Positions 18,514-27,888 of a stretch of 64,000 nt of DNA are shown here, piece after piece. The translations under genes were made by a program, and so were the position numbers. The first letter of the stretch is position 1; each line of letters begins with the position of its first letter. This DNA is from Negativicutes bacterium. Its GTDB lineage: Bacteria > Bacillota > Negativicutes > UBA1444. The stretch covers positions 84,330-148,329 of the forward strand of contig CAXXIN010000012.1 in NCBI GenBank assembly GCA_963665275.2. The letters are read 5' to 3'. The notes below the pieces were generated by a model. The model worked only from the letters and a program-made list of their open reading frames with translations, had not been told where the DNA came from and did not search any database.

Positions 18514-19781
18514 AGGGTTTCACCCTCCCGAAGCATCAACACCAGAATATCCCCTCGGCCTCCCCACGGCAAAATCCACTGGGGAACAAAACCGGCTGCC
18601 GACAAAGCCGGGCTGAGCATCGCCTGTTCCGCTACGCCTGTATCCAGATGAAACTGAATTTCCGTGAACCCTTCCTGCCTCAGTGCCCGAACATGCTCCA
18701 GCAATACCGGAGCCGCGTCCTGTCCTACCCAGATGGCTGTCAGCGTCACCCGCCCAACCGGCCGGTTCATCTGTGCAGCAAAGGCCGAGCAGGGAGACAG
18801 ACTTTCCCCCTGATGTTCAACAGGATGCGCCGCTCGCGGCAAATAGAGCTGCTGATAGCATTCTTGTAAAAAAGCAGCAAACTGCGGGTGTGCATAGGCC
18901 GTCGTCCCATTGTCTTCTTCCAGTTGCCTGTATAGCACCGATCCATCCTGCGCAAGCTGTTCGAAGTATCCCGGCGGCATATCCGCTGTCGGATCAAGCA
19001 CCACCATGCAAACAGCAGAAGTTCGGGCCATTTTTCGCAAACAGGCTTCCACCGCAAGAATCGACAAATGCGATGGATCATAAAAAGCATAAGGACCAAA
19101 AGCCTCCACCAGTTTTTGTCCCCGCCGCCAGAGCATCCCTGCGCCGACATTGCCTTTGCCGTCCGCCAGCAATACAGCGCCATACTCACCACAGGCAACC
19201 ATGTCGGCGACTTTTCCGGGAAAAGTGAAGAAGAAAGGCGCTTGCGTTCCATATTTCGCCGTTACGCGAGAGGCAAATTGTTTCAGCAGTTCCGTTTCCG
19301 GCTCAACTTCCTGGAAATTTCCTGACGATGCCAACTCCGGCAGGCGCTCCTGCAAAGAGGGATACCGCTTGTTTTTGACAAAACAAATTTTCATTTCGCC
19401 GTTTTCTGCTGATATCCCCAATTGATCGACAGTCCGCGCCGCGAGCAGCAGGCCCATCTCATCCAGGGATTGCTCGTCGTCCGAAGAAACCGTCGAGGTA
19501 ATGTTGAAGGCGCCGACCGGCAACGCATGCTGAGGAAACCGGCAGACGACTTCCGCATAATACCCGCCATTGCGGCACAGCAGCTTCAACCGCTGATCCG
19601 CGGCGATGCGGGCTGCCAAAAACGAATACACCTCTTCCACCGCCAACGTCAAATGCATGGCTTCGGCCCGTCCCATGTCGAAAGCCTGCACCGACTGTTC
19701 AACACAACCTGTTGCGATCGGCAAAAATTCCGCTTGCAGAGGCAGGTTCAACTCGATATTTTGTCGATTTGGCACCTTCAC
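18510..19781 (-). CDS. degenerate RsbW/HATPase domain fused to GNAT-like domains
   Basis: N-terminal MHLTLAVEEVYSF and EMGLLLAARTVD parallel the RsbW at 16599. C-terminal LSAAGFVPQWILPWGGRGDILVL parallels the GNAT-like C-termini in the cluster. Confidence 0.65.
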   Translation of the reverse strand: MKVPNRQNIELNLPLQAEFLPIATGCVEQSVQAFDMGRAEAMHLTLAVEEVYSFLAARIAADQRLKLLCRNGGYYAEVVCRFPQHALPVGAFNITSTVSSDDEQSLDEMGLLLAARTVDQLGISAENGEMKICFVKNKRYPSLQERLPELASSGNFQEVEPETELLKQFASRVTAKYGTQAPFFFTFPGKVADMVACGEYGAVLLADGKGNVGAGMLWRRGQKLVEAFGPYAFYDPSHLSILAVEACLRKMARTSAVCMVVLDPTADMPPGYFEQLAQDGSVLYRQLEEDNGTTAYAHPQFAAFLQECYQQLYLPRAAHPVEHQGESLSPCSAFAAQMNRPVGRVTLTAIWVGQDAAPVLLEHVRALRQEGFTEIQFHLDTGVAEQAMLSPALSAAGFVPQWILPWGGRGDILVLMLREGETL

Positions 19782-19791
19782 ATCCCTCCGT

Positions 19792-20634
19792 TCATTTTAG
19801 TCCAGCCTGCGCGAGCCGCAACAACAGATTCCCGGCAACGCATCTCCGGTAATCGGCGCTTGCCCGAAGGTCATCAATGGGACAAACGGCAGCGGCCGCG
19901 AGCTGCCCTGCGTCGCGCACGCACTCCACCGACAGGACTCGCCCCAATAGATACTCCTCCACCGCCGGCGCTATTGTCACAGTCGGACCGACGCTACCCC
20001 AGGCCAGCTTCACAGCTGTTATCGTTCCGTCGTCGTCGGTCGTCAGGCTGGCCGCCATACTCGCCACCGAGATCGCCATTGCCTTACGTTTTCCCACCTT
20101 GTAATACACGGAGCGCATCGCGGCGGCGGGCCTGGGCACTCTGACAGCGGTTACCATTTCGCCGGCTTGCAATGTTGTTTTGCCCGGACCGGTGATAAAA
20201 TCAGCCACCGGTTGACGGCGGGATCCGGTCGCGCTGCACACTTCAACCGCGGCGTCCAAAACATAGAGCGGCGGCAAGGTATCGCCAGCCGGCGAGGCCG
20301 TGCAAACATTGCCGATCAAGGTTGCGCTATGGCGAACCGGCGGGGATGCAAGTTCTGCTATTGCTTGATGCAAAGCAGTCAGCTCCTGCTTAATGGTCTC
20401 GCATTCCAGCAGGCTTTGGAGAGTTACGGCAGCACCGATAACAAATTCCTCTTCCAAAATGTCAAGTCTCTGCAGTTCCTCAATGCGTTCGATACAAAAA
20501 ACTGCCGACGGTTTCTGCCCGTTGCGGCGCAATCTGACCAGCAGATCAGTCCCTCCCGCCATTATGAGTCCGTCAGGACTGTCCGCTCTCATTGTATTCA
20601 ATTCTTCCAGCGTTCGGGGAAACAGCACTTCCAT
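19792..20634 (-). CDS. xanthine dehydrogenase family FAD-binding subunit
   Basis: AGGTDLLV, ATLIGNVCTASPAGD, PIDDLRASADYR; TGATG coupling to the upstream gene. Confidence 0.92.
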   Translation of the reverse strand: MEVLFPRTLEELNTMRADSPDGLIMAGGTDLLVRLRRNGQKPSAVFCIERIEELQRLDILEEEFVIGAAVTLQSLLECETIKQELTALHQAIAELASPPVRHSATLIGNVCTASPAGDTLPPLYVLDAAVEVCSATGSRRQPVADFITGPGKTTLQAGEMVTAVRVPRPAAAMRSVYYKVGKRKAMAISVASMAASLTTDDDGTITAVKLAWGSVGPTVTIAPAVEEYLLGRVLSVECVRDAGQLAAAAVCPIDDLRASADYRRCVAGNLLLRLAQAGLK

Positions 20635-21107
20635 CAGCTCATCCCCCCATTCAGGATCCGAGCTGCAGCCATAACAGCGTCCACGATTTTTTGGTAGCCG
20701 GTGCAGCGGCACAAGTTACCGCTCAATTCCCGGCGAACTTCTTCGCGCGTCGGATCAGGAATGCGGCGCAGCAAATCCAATGTGGCCAAGATCATTCCCG
20801 GAGTGCAAAAGCCGCACTGCACGGCGCCGTGGTCGACAAAAGCCTGTTGAACGACATGAAGTTCTCCATTTGAAGCAAGTCCTTCGATCGTCAGAAGGGT
20901 CCGGCCCTCGAGTTGCGCTGCCAGCATCAGGCACGACAGCCGACTTTCCCCATCGACCAAAATCGTGCAGGCGCCACATTCTCCCGAGCCGCAGCATTCT
21001 TTCGTACCGCCCAGCCCCAGATCCTCACGCAGCAAATCAACTACCCGCCGGTCGGGCGCCGTTTCCACACTCATGGATTTTCCGTTTAAAATAAAATTCA
21101 CCTTCAC
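20634..21107 (-). CDS. xanthine dehydrogenase family (2Fe-2S) subunit
   Basis: CCGSGECGAC, QCGFCTPG, GNLCRCTGY. Confidence 0.95.
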   Translation of the reverse strand: MKVNFILNGKSMSVETAPDRRVVDLLREDLGLGGTKECCGSGECGACTILVDGESRLSCLMLAAQLEGRTLLTIEGLASNGELHVVQQAFVDHGAVQCGFCTPGMILATLDLLRRIPDPTREEVRRELSGNLCRCTGYQKIVDAVMAAARILNGGMS

Positions 21108-23449
21108 GGCCTACCCTCCTGCCCTGTCTGACGCAATGCCGCCAATACGTTTTCCGCATTCATCGTTTCGGCGGCAATTCGGAATCCCGCAGCGTCCGCA
21201 ATCGCATTGGCGACAGCCGGCAACACCCCGTCAATTCCGATTTCACCGACGCCCTTCATCCCAAAGGGACCTTCCTTTTCATTTGGGGTGACAGGCACCG
21301 TCACCATATCCGGAACATCCAGCGCCGTCGGCAAAATATAGGTGCTGAAATCATTCGTCAGAATCCGTCCGTCCGAAACGGCAAATTCCTCAAACAGTGC
21401 GTAACCCAGCCCCTGGGCTGCGCCGCCCTGAACCTGCTGTTCATAGACCTGCGGGTTCAGGACCCGCCCTGCATCCACACAATTCAACATATCGACGGCC
21501 GTAGTTTCACCTGTCAGGGTATCGATTTCCACCGCGACAAGTTGTACCCCATAGGTTATAACCCGGTGAGGAAATCCGTGCATGCGCAAATTTTCGCCAC
21601 TGGCTATCGGTTGATCATTTACCGGGCAAGTATAGCTGTAAGTAGTCGTTCGTTCCGACGCATCCATCACCGAAGCAACCAGCGCCAACGGAACACTGCG
21701 CCCGGAAGGCAGATGCCGCGCCAGGCCCGGCAGCAAAATAATCTCTTCTATGGAAACACTATGAAGCAACTGGAAAGAAATCATCAAGGCCGCCCGGGCG
21801 CGAATCCTGTCTAGCAATAATTCCGCCGCTCCAATCATCGCATTGCCATAGGTGAAGGTTGTGCGACTGGCAGATGAGGACGCCGAAGGCAAGGTTCGGG
21901 ACGTATCCGGCATAACGAGCTCCATCGTTTTTTGGGGCTGACAGAGGATATGCCCTGCGATCTGCGCATAGGTGCTGGCATTGCCCTGTCCCATATCGGA
22001 CACCCCTACATAGACGCGAATCTTGCCATCGGTCAGGAGCTCCAGTTTGGCATTGGCATAGTCGGCAATAGCCGGACCAAACCCGACGCTATGATAAACC
22101 GCCGCCACCCCAACGCCTCTGCGCTTGAAGTCCGGCGCGCCAGCGCACCATTTTTTCCGGCGCCGCCACAAAGGATGCCGCTCTGTTTCATCCAGACATC
22201 CCAGTAATCCTGTCGTCTGTGTCAGCAATACGCCGGTCGGTGAAGTATCCCCGCGCGAAACCGCATTTTTTCGCCGCAGTTCGAGCGGGTCAAACCCTCC
22301 CGCCTTAGCCAGTTCATCGATCGCCTGCTCCATGGCAGCAGCCGCCTGCGGCACACCAAATCCCCGAAATCCGCCTGAAACCGGATTATTGGTATACGCG
22401 ACCGAACCACGGACCAGCACATTGGGGATCCGGTAAGGTCCACCCGCATGTTCCATGGCCAAGGCAAATACTTCGCTGCCAAGAGAAGCATAAGCGCCAG
22501 TATCAAACAAAAGCTTACAGGATAAAGCCTGCAGAACCCCGTCCTGATCACAGCCCACCGTGTACTCCGCACGCATCGGATGCCGTTTTACTCCCGTCAG
22601 TATACTCTCTTCACGCGAATACCACAGTTTCACCGGACGTCCTCCGCTGTGCATCGCCGCCAGCGCCAGGAATCCCTGAACGGTAACGCCGTCTTTGCCG
22701 CCGAAGCCTCCACCGAGGCAGGGTGCGACAATATGAATCTTTGCCGGTGACAAGCCTAAAGCCTCCGCCAGTTCCAACCGGTCGCGAAAAGGGGTCTGGG
22801 TGGAAACCGTCATCGACAGGGTTCCATCCTCTTCCATCCAGGCAACTCCGGCCTGTGTCTCCAGAAAGGCATGTTCCTGCCAGCCGGTCCGAATCTTCAC
22901 CGTGGCCTGAAACGTACATTTCCCCAGATTCGCCGCTCCGTCGCCGCAAACGATCTCACTTTGGATCAGCACATTCCCGGCCGGACGGGTTGGGTGCAAA
23001 ATCGGCGCACCCTCTTCCAGCGCCGCTTCGGGATCGAACACAGGCGGCAACGGCTCATACTCAACCCGGATAGCCGCCAAAGCCGCCGCGAGGGTCTCCT
23101 TGCCCTCCGCCACCACCAAAGCCACGGCATCGCCATAATGGCGCACCCGTTCATCGGCCAAAATCGGTTGATCCTTTTCGAAAATCCCCAGGCGATTTTT
23201 TCCCTTGATATCGCGGTGCGTTTGAACAGACACGACTCCTGCGAGGGCAGTCGCTCCTGTTGTATCAATCGCCAGAATTCGCGCATGAGCATGTTCGGAC
23301 CGCTTGACCCCCGCCCACAGAAGGCCCTCCGGGTACAGATCCGCTGCAAAAACTTCAGCACCCGTCACCTTTGTCAACGCATCCAGTCGCGGAGCATTGC
23401 AGCCGATTTCCCACACCTGAGCGGTCTTCCTCTGCCTATTTTCCGACAT
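21104..23449 (-). CDS. xanthine dehydrogenase family molybdopterin-binding subunit
   Basis: GGGFGGK, FRGFG, DMGQG, QVQGG, and KGVGE (catalytic Glu). Confidence 0.93.
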   Translation of the reverse strand: MSENRQRKTAQVWEIGCNAPRLDALTKVTGAEVFAADLYPEGLLWAGVKRSEHAHARILAIDTTGATALAGVVSVQTHRDIKGKNRLGIFEKDQPILADERVRHYGDAVALVVAEGKETLAAALAAIRVEYEPLPPVFDPEAALEEGAPILHPTRPAGNVLIQSEIVCGDGAANLGKCTFQATVKIRTGWQEHAFLETQAGVAWMEEDGTLSMTVSTQTPFRDRLELAEALGLSPAKIHIVAPCLGGGFGGKDGVTVQGFLALAAMHSGGRPVKLWYSREESILTGVKRHPMRAEYTVGCDQDGVLQALSCKLLFDTGAYASLGSEVFALAMEHAGGPYRIPNVLVRGSVAYTNNPVSGGFRGFGVPQAAAAMEQAIDELAKAGGFDPLELRRKNAVSRGDTSPTGVLLTQTTGLLGCLDETERHPLWRRRKKWCAGAPDFKRRGVGVAAVYHSVGFGPAIADYANAKLELLTDGKIRVYVGVSDMGQGNASTYAQIAGHILCQPQKTMELVMPDTSRTLPSASSSASRTTFTYGNAMIGAAELLLDRIRARAALMISFQLLHSVSIEEIILLPGLARHLPSGRSVPLALVASVMDASERTTTYSYTCPVNDQPIASGENLRMHGFPHRVITYGVQLVAVEIDTLTGETTAVDMLNCVDAGRVLNPQVYEQQVQGGAAQGLGYALFEEFAVSDGRILTNDFSTYILPTALDVPDMVTVPVTPNEKEGPFGMKGVGEIGIDGVLPAVANAIADAAGFRIAAETMNAENVLAALRQTGQEGRP

Positions 23450-23681
23450 GTTGCTCCACATAATCGACCGCCGTCGCCAATGTCTTGAGTTTCATAACAT
23501 CCGAACCGCGCAGAACAAAATCGAAAGTATCCTCCATATCCGCCAATATCCAGCTGAAAGCCAGCGAATCCACTCCCATCGTTGCCAGTTCCTGCGCAGG
23601 GATAATTGTATCGGGGTTAACTCCTGATATCCGCTTGGCAATAATTTTACGCAACTCGCTCTCAATCTTTTGTCGTTCCAT
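23436..23681 (-). CDS. acyl carrier protein
   Basis: About 81 aa; MGVDSLAF Ser motif; RBS GGAGG before ATG 23681. Confidence 0.88.
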   Translation of the reverse strand: MERQKIESELRKIIAKRISGVNPDTIIPAQELATMGVDSLAFSWILADMEDTFDFVLRGSDVMKLKTLATAVDYVEQHVGK

Positions 23682-23733
23682 CTTTAGAAAACCTCCCAAC
23701 ACTCCTATCAATTTGATCCCCAGACCAAGGCCA

Positions 23734-26319
23734 TTACTGCTGCGCCATTTCTTCTACCGCCAGGTCGCGCAGTTTGAATTTCTGCACCTTACCGCTGGCT
23801 GTCAGCGGATACGCATCCACAAAAAAGAACATAGCCGGAACCTTGTTAATGGCAATTCTTTCCCGGCAATATCGTTTCATTTCCAGCACGCTAGCGCTCT
23901 CTTCCTGTTGGAGACGCACAAAAGCTACCAGGTCTTCTCCGTAATAATCACAGGGAATCCCGACCACCTGAGCATCCAAAATTTTGGGATGCGTCATCAG
24001 AAACGCCTCGATTTCAGCCGGATAAATGTTCTCGCCGCCCCGGATGATCAAGTCTTTGATCCGGCCGGTGATGACGCAATACCCCGAGGAGTCAAGCGTC
24101 GCCAAATCTCCAGTATGGAGCCGGCCTGCCGAATCAAGAGCCTTGGCCGTCTGTTCTTCCATTTTGTAATACCCGGTCATCATCGAGGTCCCCCGGACGC
24201 ACAGTTCCCCTGCAACTCCCACTGGCGCGATTTCATCGGTTTGCGGATCAACAATCTTCACTTCATAGCCGGGCATGGCGTTACCCACACTGCCGACCCT
24301 TCGTCCCACAGAATCTGACGGCGCATTCATGAGACTGACCAAAGCCTCCGTAGATCCATATAAAATTCCGAATTCCGGCGCACCCATCTTCTCAATCACT
24401 GCTCTGACTAATTCCGGCGGACAAAAAGCTCCCGCCACGTTTCCTCCGCGCAGCGCCGACAAGTCATAGGGGCGGCGCGACATTTCTTCGAGGGCAGCCA
24501 CGAACATTGTCGGCGTTCCCGACACCGCGGTTGCCCGACTCGTCTCCATCACCTGCAGCATTTCCTGCGCCCGGAAACGTTCCACAACCGCCACCGCTGC
24601 CCCCACGATTAAGGAGGAAATAGTGGTGAGACAGCCATATGCATGAAAAAACGGCAACGGCACACATACAATATCTTCCGACGTCAATCCCTGCCGCTGT
24701 GCAATAGCCCGGGTGTTTTCAATATAAGCCGCATGGCTGAGCATTGCGCCCTTCGGCGCTCCGGTAGTTCCGGACGTATATTGAAGGGTAAAAATATCGC
24801 TTCCAGATACAGACTGTTCTCTTTCCGTCAAAGAATCGTCAGCAATCTTTGATCCGCCTGCTAAAAACTCCGTCCAACTCAGCATTCCCGGCTGGGACGT
24901 TCCATCCAACAGCACAACCTGCTGGAGCTGCGGCAGTTGCTTCTTTATTTCTTGCAGAGCGTCCAAATATTCTCCTGGCCGTCCAACGCCGCTGACTAAA
25001 AACAACAAACGGGTATCCGACTGCTGCAAAACATATTCCAACTCACAGGCGCGATAGTTGGTATTGATCATCACCAGCGGGACACCCGCCAGCGCGCAGC
25101 CAAACTCTATCATCATATACTCCGGAATATTCGGCGCCCAGATCGCAGCATGGTCTCCCCGTTCAATCCCGAGCCCCATGATAGCTTTAGCCGCCTGCAT
25201 TGCTGCACACTGAAATTCCACATAGGTCAGGGCCAGCTGTCGTTGTGGAAATAGCAACGCCACCTTGTTCGGATAGTCTTGCGACGTTTTGTGCAACAAA
25301 TCGCCCATCGTCCGAATGCAGACCGTCTCCCGATCCTGCCGAACCATCTCCCGCAACTTTCGGGCCCGTTTGGTGAGTAAAAAGATTTGCTCAAAATCAG
25401 GAGCGTGCAGAGTTTTCTGCATCAACAAGCCATCCTCATCGAACCACCGGGGTAATGCGCCGCCAATAAAATAGCCACGCTGCCGGAGAATCTCCACGGC
25501 CCTCCCGACCCACGGTTCGCTCAGTCGCAAAAACACCTGCCGAATGAGGGTCCCTGCGGAGGAAGCTTCGCTCTCCAGCGCCGCCAACCGGTCTTCGAAG
25601 TCATCCCCAACCCGCTCAAAAGTCATCCTTGCCACCCCGGCTTCGCCAAACACGCGCAAAGAGGCCTGCGTTTCCACATGCTCCGGCAGCGGGGCGGTAG
25701 ACACTTCAAACGTATGCCCCCACTCCGGCGAATCATAAAGGAACCGCAGGACTTCTTCGTATACCGACGGCAAATACAGGGTCTGCGGGCGCGGCTGAAA
25801 CGACCGGTACACCACCAGCGCCGACACCCGCCCCTTGTAAACCGGAGGTCCGCTCAATGCCTTGGCATAGGACTCGGCAGGCATCAGATCCACTTCCAGC
25901 GCCATCTCGATGAACTGATTGTCCCGGACCATCTGCTGTGTGAAAGGGTGATTGCATACCGCTTCGCCCCAAATCGACTCCAAGCCTCTTTGGCGGGGGA
26001 TGACGGCCAACGACTGTTCCATCAGCTGAAATGCAACATCCGTTTGTCTGAAGTCATGACGCACCAGCAACTGACCGTGCTCATAAAGTCCCGGGTTCGG
26101 CGGCGACGACCGATAGAACGCGACGTGCCCTACGACAGCTCCGTCCGGCGTTCGGGCCACCATCCGCCACGCTTCTTTCGCCTCCTCCTGACGAACCTTG
26201 GCCTCGGGATCGTAAACCGTCCTCACCGGATAATTTTCCCCATAGACTGCCCGATACAGTTCTGTCACTCCACTGGCGTCCTGCGGGCGAAAGGCATCGA
26301 TCTCCCAGGCCTGCTCCAC
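23734..26319 (-). CDS. GNAT-like domains fused to an AMP-binding (acyl-CoA/acyl-ACP ligase) domain
   Basis: N-terminal GNAT pattern (FRPQDA..V..LY, GQLLVRHDFRQTDVA). C-terminal YTSGTTGAPKG, YGSTE, HTGD, GRIKDLIIRGGENIYP, SGKVQK. Confidence 0.88.
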   Translation of the reverse strand: MEQAWEIDAFRPQDASGVTELYRAVYGENYPVRTVYDPEAKVRQEEAKEAWRMVARTPDGAVVGHVAFYRSSPPNPGLYEHGQLLVRHDFRQTDVAFQLMEQSLAVIPRQRGLESIWGEAVCNHPFTQQMVRDNQFIEMALEVDLMPAESYAKALSGPPVYKGRVSALVVYRSFQPRPQTLYLPSVYEEVLRFLYDSPEWGHTFEVSTAPLPEHVETQASLRVFGEAGVARMTFERVGDDFEDRLAALESEASSAGTLIRQVFLRLSEPWVGRAVEILRQRGYFIGGALPRWFDEDGLLMQKTLHAPDFEQIFLLTKRARKLREMVRQDRETVCIRTMGDLLHKTSQDYPNKVALLFPQRQLALTYVEFQCAAMQAAKAIMGLGIERGDHAAIWAPNIPEYMMIEFGCALAGVPLVMINTNYRACELEYVLQQSDTRLLFLVSGVGRPGEYLDALQEIKKQLPQLQQVVLLDGTSQPGMLSWTEFLAGGSKIADDSLTEREQSVSGSDIFTLQYTSGTTGAPKGAMLSHAAYIENTRAIAQRQGLTSEDIVCVPLPFFHAYGCLTTISSLIVGAAVAVVERFRAQEMLQVMETSRATAVSGTPTMFVAALEEMSRRPYDLSALRGGNVAGAFCPPELVRAVIEKMGAPEFGILYGSTEALVSLMNAPSDSVGRRVGSVGNAMPGYEVKIVDPQTDEIAPVGVAGELCVRGTSMMTGYYKMEEQTAKALDSAGRLHTGDLATLDSSGYCVITGRIKDLIIRGGENIYPAEIEAFLMTHPKILDAQVVGIPCDYYGEDLVAFVRLQQEESASVLEMKRYCRERIAINKVPAMFFFVDAYPLTASGKVQKFKLRDLAVEEMAQQ

Positions 26320-26334
26320 TTCGTTTCTACCCCT

Positions 26335-27726
26335 TTATCCTTGTTCTTGTGAAATGGCTGATTGCAAAGTTGTTAATTTTTCCGTTTCAATGCGTTGCCT
26401 GCTAGCCGACAGCAACCGCTGCAAGAGAAATGCGGCAAATAGAGCCGTTCCTGCGGTGGCTGCCGGATGACTCCAATATACCCCGGTCTGTCCCCAATGC
26501 CCGGCAAACGCATTGGCCAAAGGAATCCGCAGGCAAATCACATACAAAAAGGCCATAACCATTATGTATATAGGATGCTTGGTTCCCTGCGACATTCCGT
26601 TCACGGCGTATAACAGCGGTGAAAAAAGCATGGATATGCCGGATGCTTGCATAGCAATGCCGCCCAACAATTGAAGTTCCGCCGTTGGGCGAAACAAGCC
26701 GATCAGTTCCTGTGGGAAAAAGAAAAACAGCGCCGCAAGCGGCGTGATGATTGCCCAGGCGACCCGAAGGAAAAAGTTCAATCCCTGGCGCACCCGGTTG
26801 TAATCAAGCCGTCCCAAATTGAATCCGGTAAAAGTAGCCAACGCATTACTCAGACCCATGACAGGCAACATTACCATCATTTCCGAGCGGGACATCAAAT
26901 TCCAGGCGCCGATTGCCCCCGGACCGAAGCGCGACAAAATCCCGTTCAACATTATCAAGGCAACAGGGCTGACCAGGTAGGCTGCGGTCACGAACATTCC
27001 CTGTCCCAGAATCTGTCTCCACGCCCGCAGAAATCCTGGATAAGGAAAGAAAACCATTTTCTCAGCGAACAATTCTCGCAGCTTGTGGCTGAGATAGATG
27101 GCGGAAACGCTTTGTCCAATCAGCGTTCCAACGGCGGCCCCAGTCACGCCCCAACCCAAAACAAAAATGAACAGTGGATCGAGCGCCATATTCAGTAAAT
27201 TTCCCCACAGCATCGCTTTCATCGGGGTCATCGTGTCGCCGCGCGAAGTAAACAACGCTTCAACCGTCATCACATAGCCCATCACTGGAAACCCTGCAAC
27301 CAGCCAGAATATATATCCGCTCCCCTGGTCGGCAATCGATGCGTCAGCGCCGATTCCCAAGTAAAACAAACGGCACAGACTCGGAGCCATCAAGGGTAGA
27401 AACAATCCCATGAATAGGGTCATCAGCGGCAATACCGCCGAGGCCGTGCGGCGGGCGCCATCCTCGTCACCTTTGCCCCTGGCGTAGCTCATCAGAATCA
27501 CGCTACCCATGGCAATCCCTTTGGCCATCGACAAAGCCAGATAGCTCAGCGGCAATGCCATCGATACGGCAGCCAGCGGGACTTCACCCAACCAGGACAC
27601 AAAGATGGTTGATACGTATGAATAAAGATTTTGAAAAAAAAGAGACACCATCAGAGGAAGCGCCAAGCGCCCAAGCACATGGGACACTTTTCCCTGAGCC
27701 ATATCTACTGCATGCGCCACGTCCAC
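26335..27726 (-). CDS. MATE family efflux transporter
   Basis: Multi-TM; LALPLM..., GDTMTPM..NLLNMALDPLFIF..GVTGAAVGT. Start moved to GTG 27726 after GGAGG. Confidence 0.9.
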   Translation of the reverse strand: MDVAHAVDMAQGKVSHVLGRLALPLMVSLFFQNLYSYVSTIFVSWLGEVPLAAVSMALPLSYLALSMAKGIAMGSVILMSYARGKGDEDGARRTASAVLPLMTLFMGLFLPLMAPSLCRLFYLGIGADASIADQGSGYIFWLVAGFPVMGYVMTVEALFTSRGDTMTPMKAMLWGNLLNMALDPLFIFVLGWGVTGAAVGTLIGQSVSAIYLSHKLRELFAEKMVFFPYPGFLRAWRQILGQGMFVTAAYLVSPVALIMLNGILSRFGPGAIGAWNLMSRSEMMVMLPVMGLSNALATFTGFNLGRLDYNRVRQGLNFFLRVAWAIITPLAALFFFFPQELIGLFRPTAELQLLGGIAMQASGISMLFSPLLYAVNGMSQGTKHPIYIMVMAFLYVICLRIPLANAFAGHWGQTGVYWSHPAATAGTALFAAFLLQRLLSASRQRIETEKLTTLQSAISQEQG

Positions 27727-27823
27727 TTCACGCTCCTCCGCTGTTAATTTCGCGCCGCTGTCGTTAATTTCCTGCGTATGATCATTCTCTACCGCAGGAT
27801 TTTCAAGCAGTTCCGGACAACAC

Positions 27824-27868
27824 AAAAGCAGAGCCGCAATGAACTCAAGGTTCATAGGGCTCTGCAAA
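27824..27868 (-). terminator. intrinsic terminator of the DASS-fumarase operon
   Basis: GCAGAGCC..ATGAAC-loop-GTTCAT..GGCTCTGC followed by TTTTGTGTT. Confidence 0.7.
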
Positions 27869-27888
27869 GTGGAAGCTGCTATGTTAGT

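Noticed and set aside
27738-27771. Imperfect tandem repeat GAAATTAAC(GAC)AGCGG upstream of the MATE gene
   Set aside because: Only two short copies next to the RBS; not a CRISPR array and not enough evidence for an operator.
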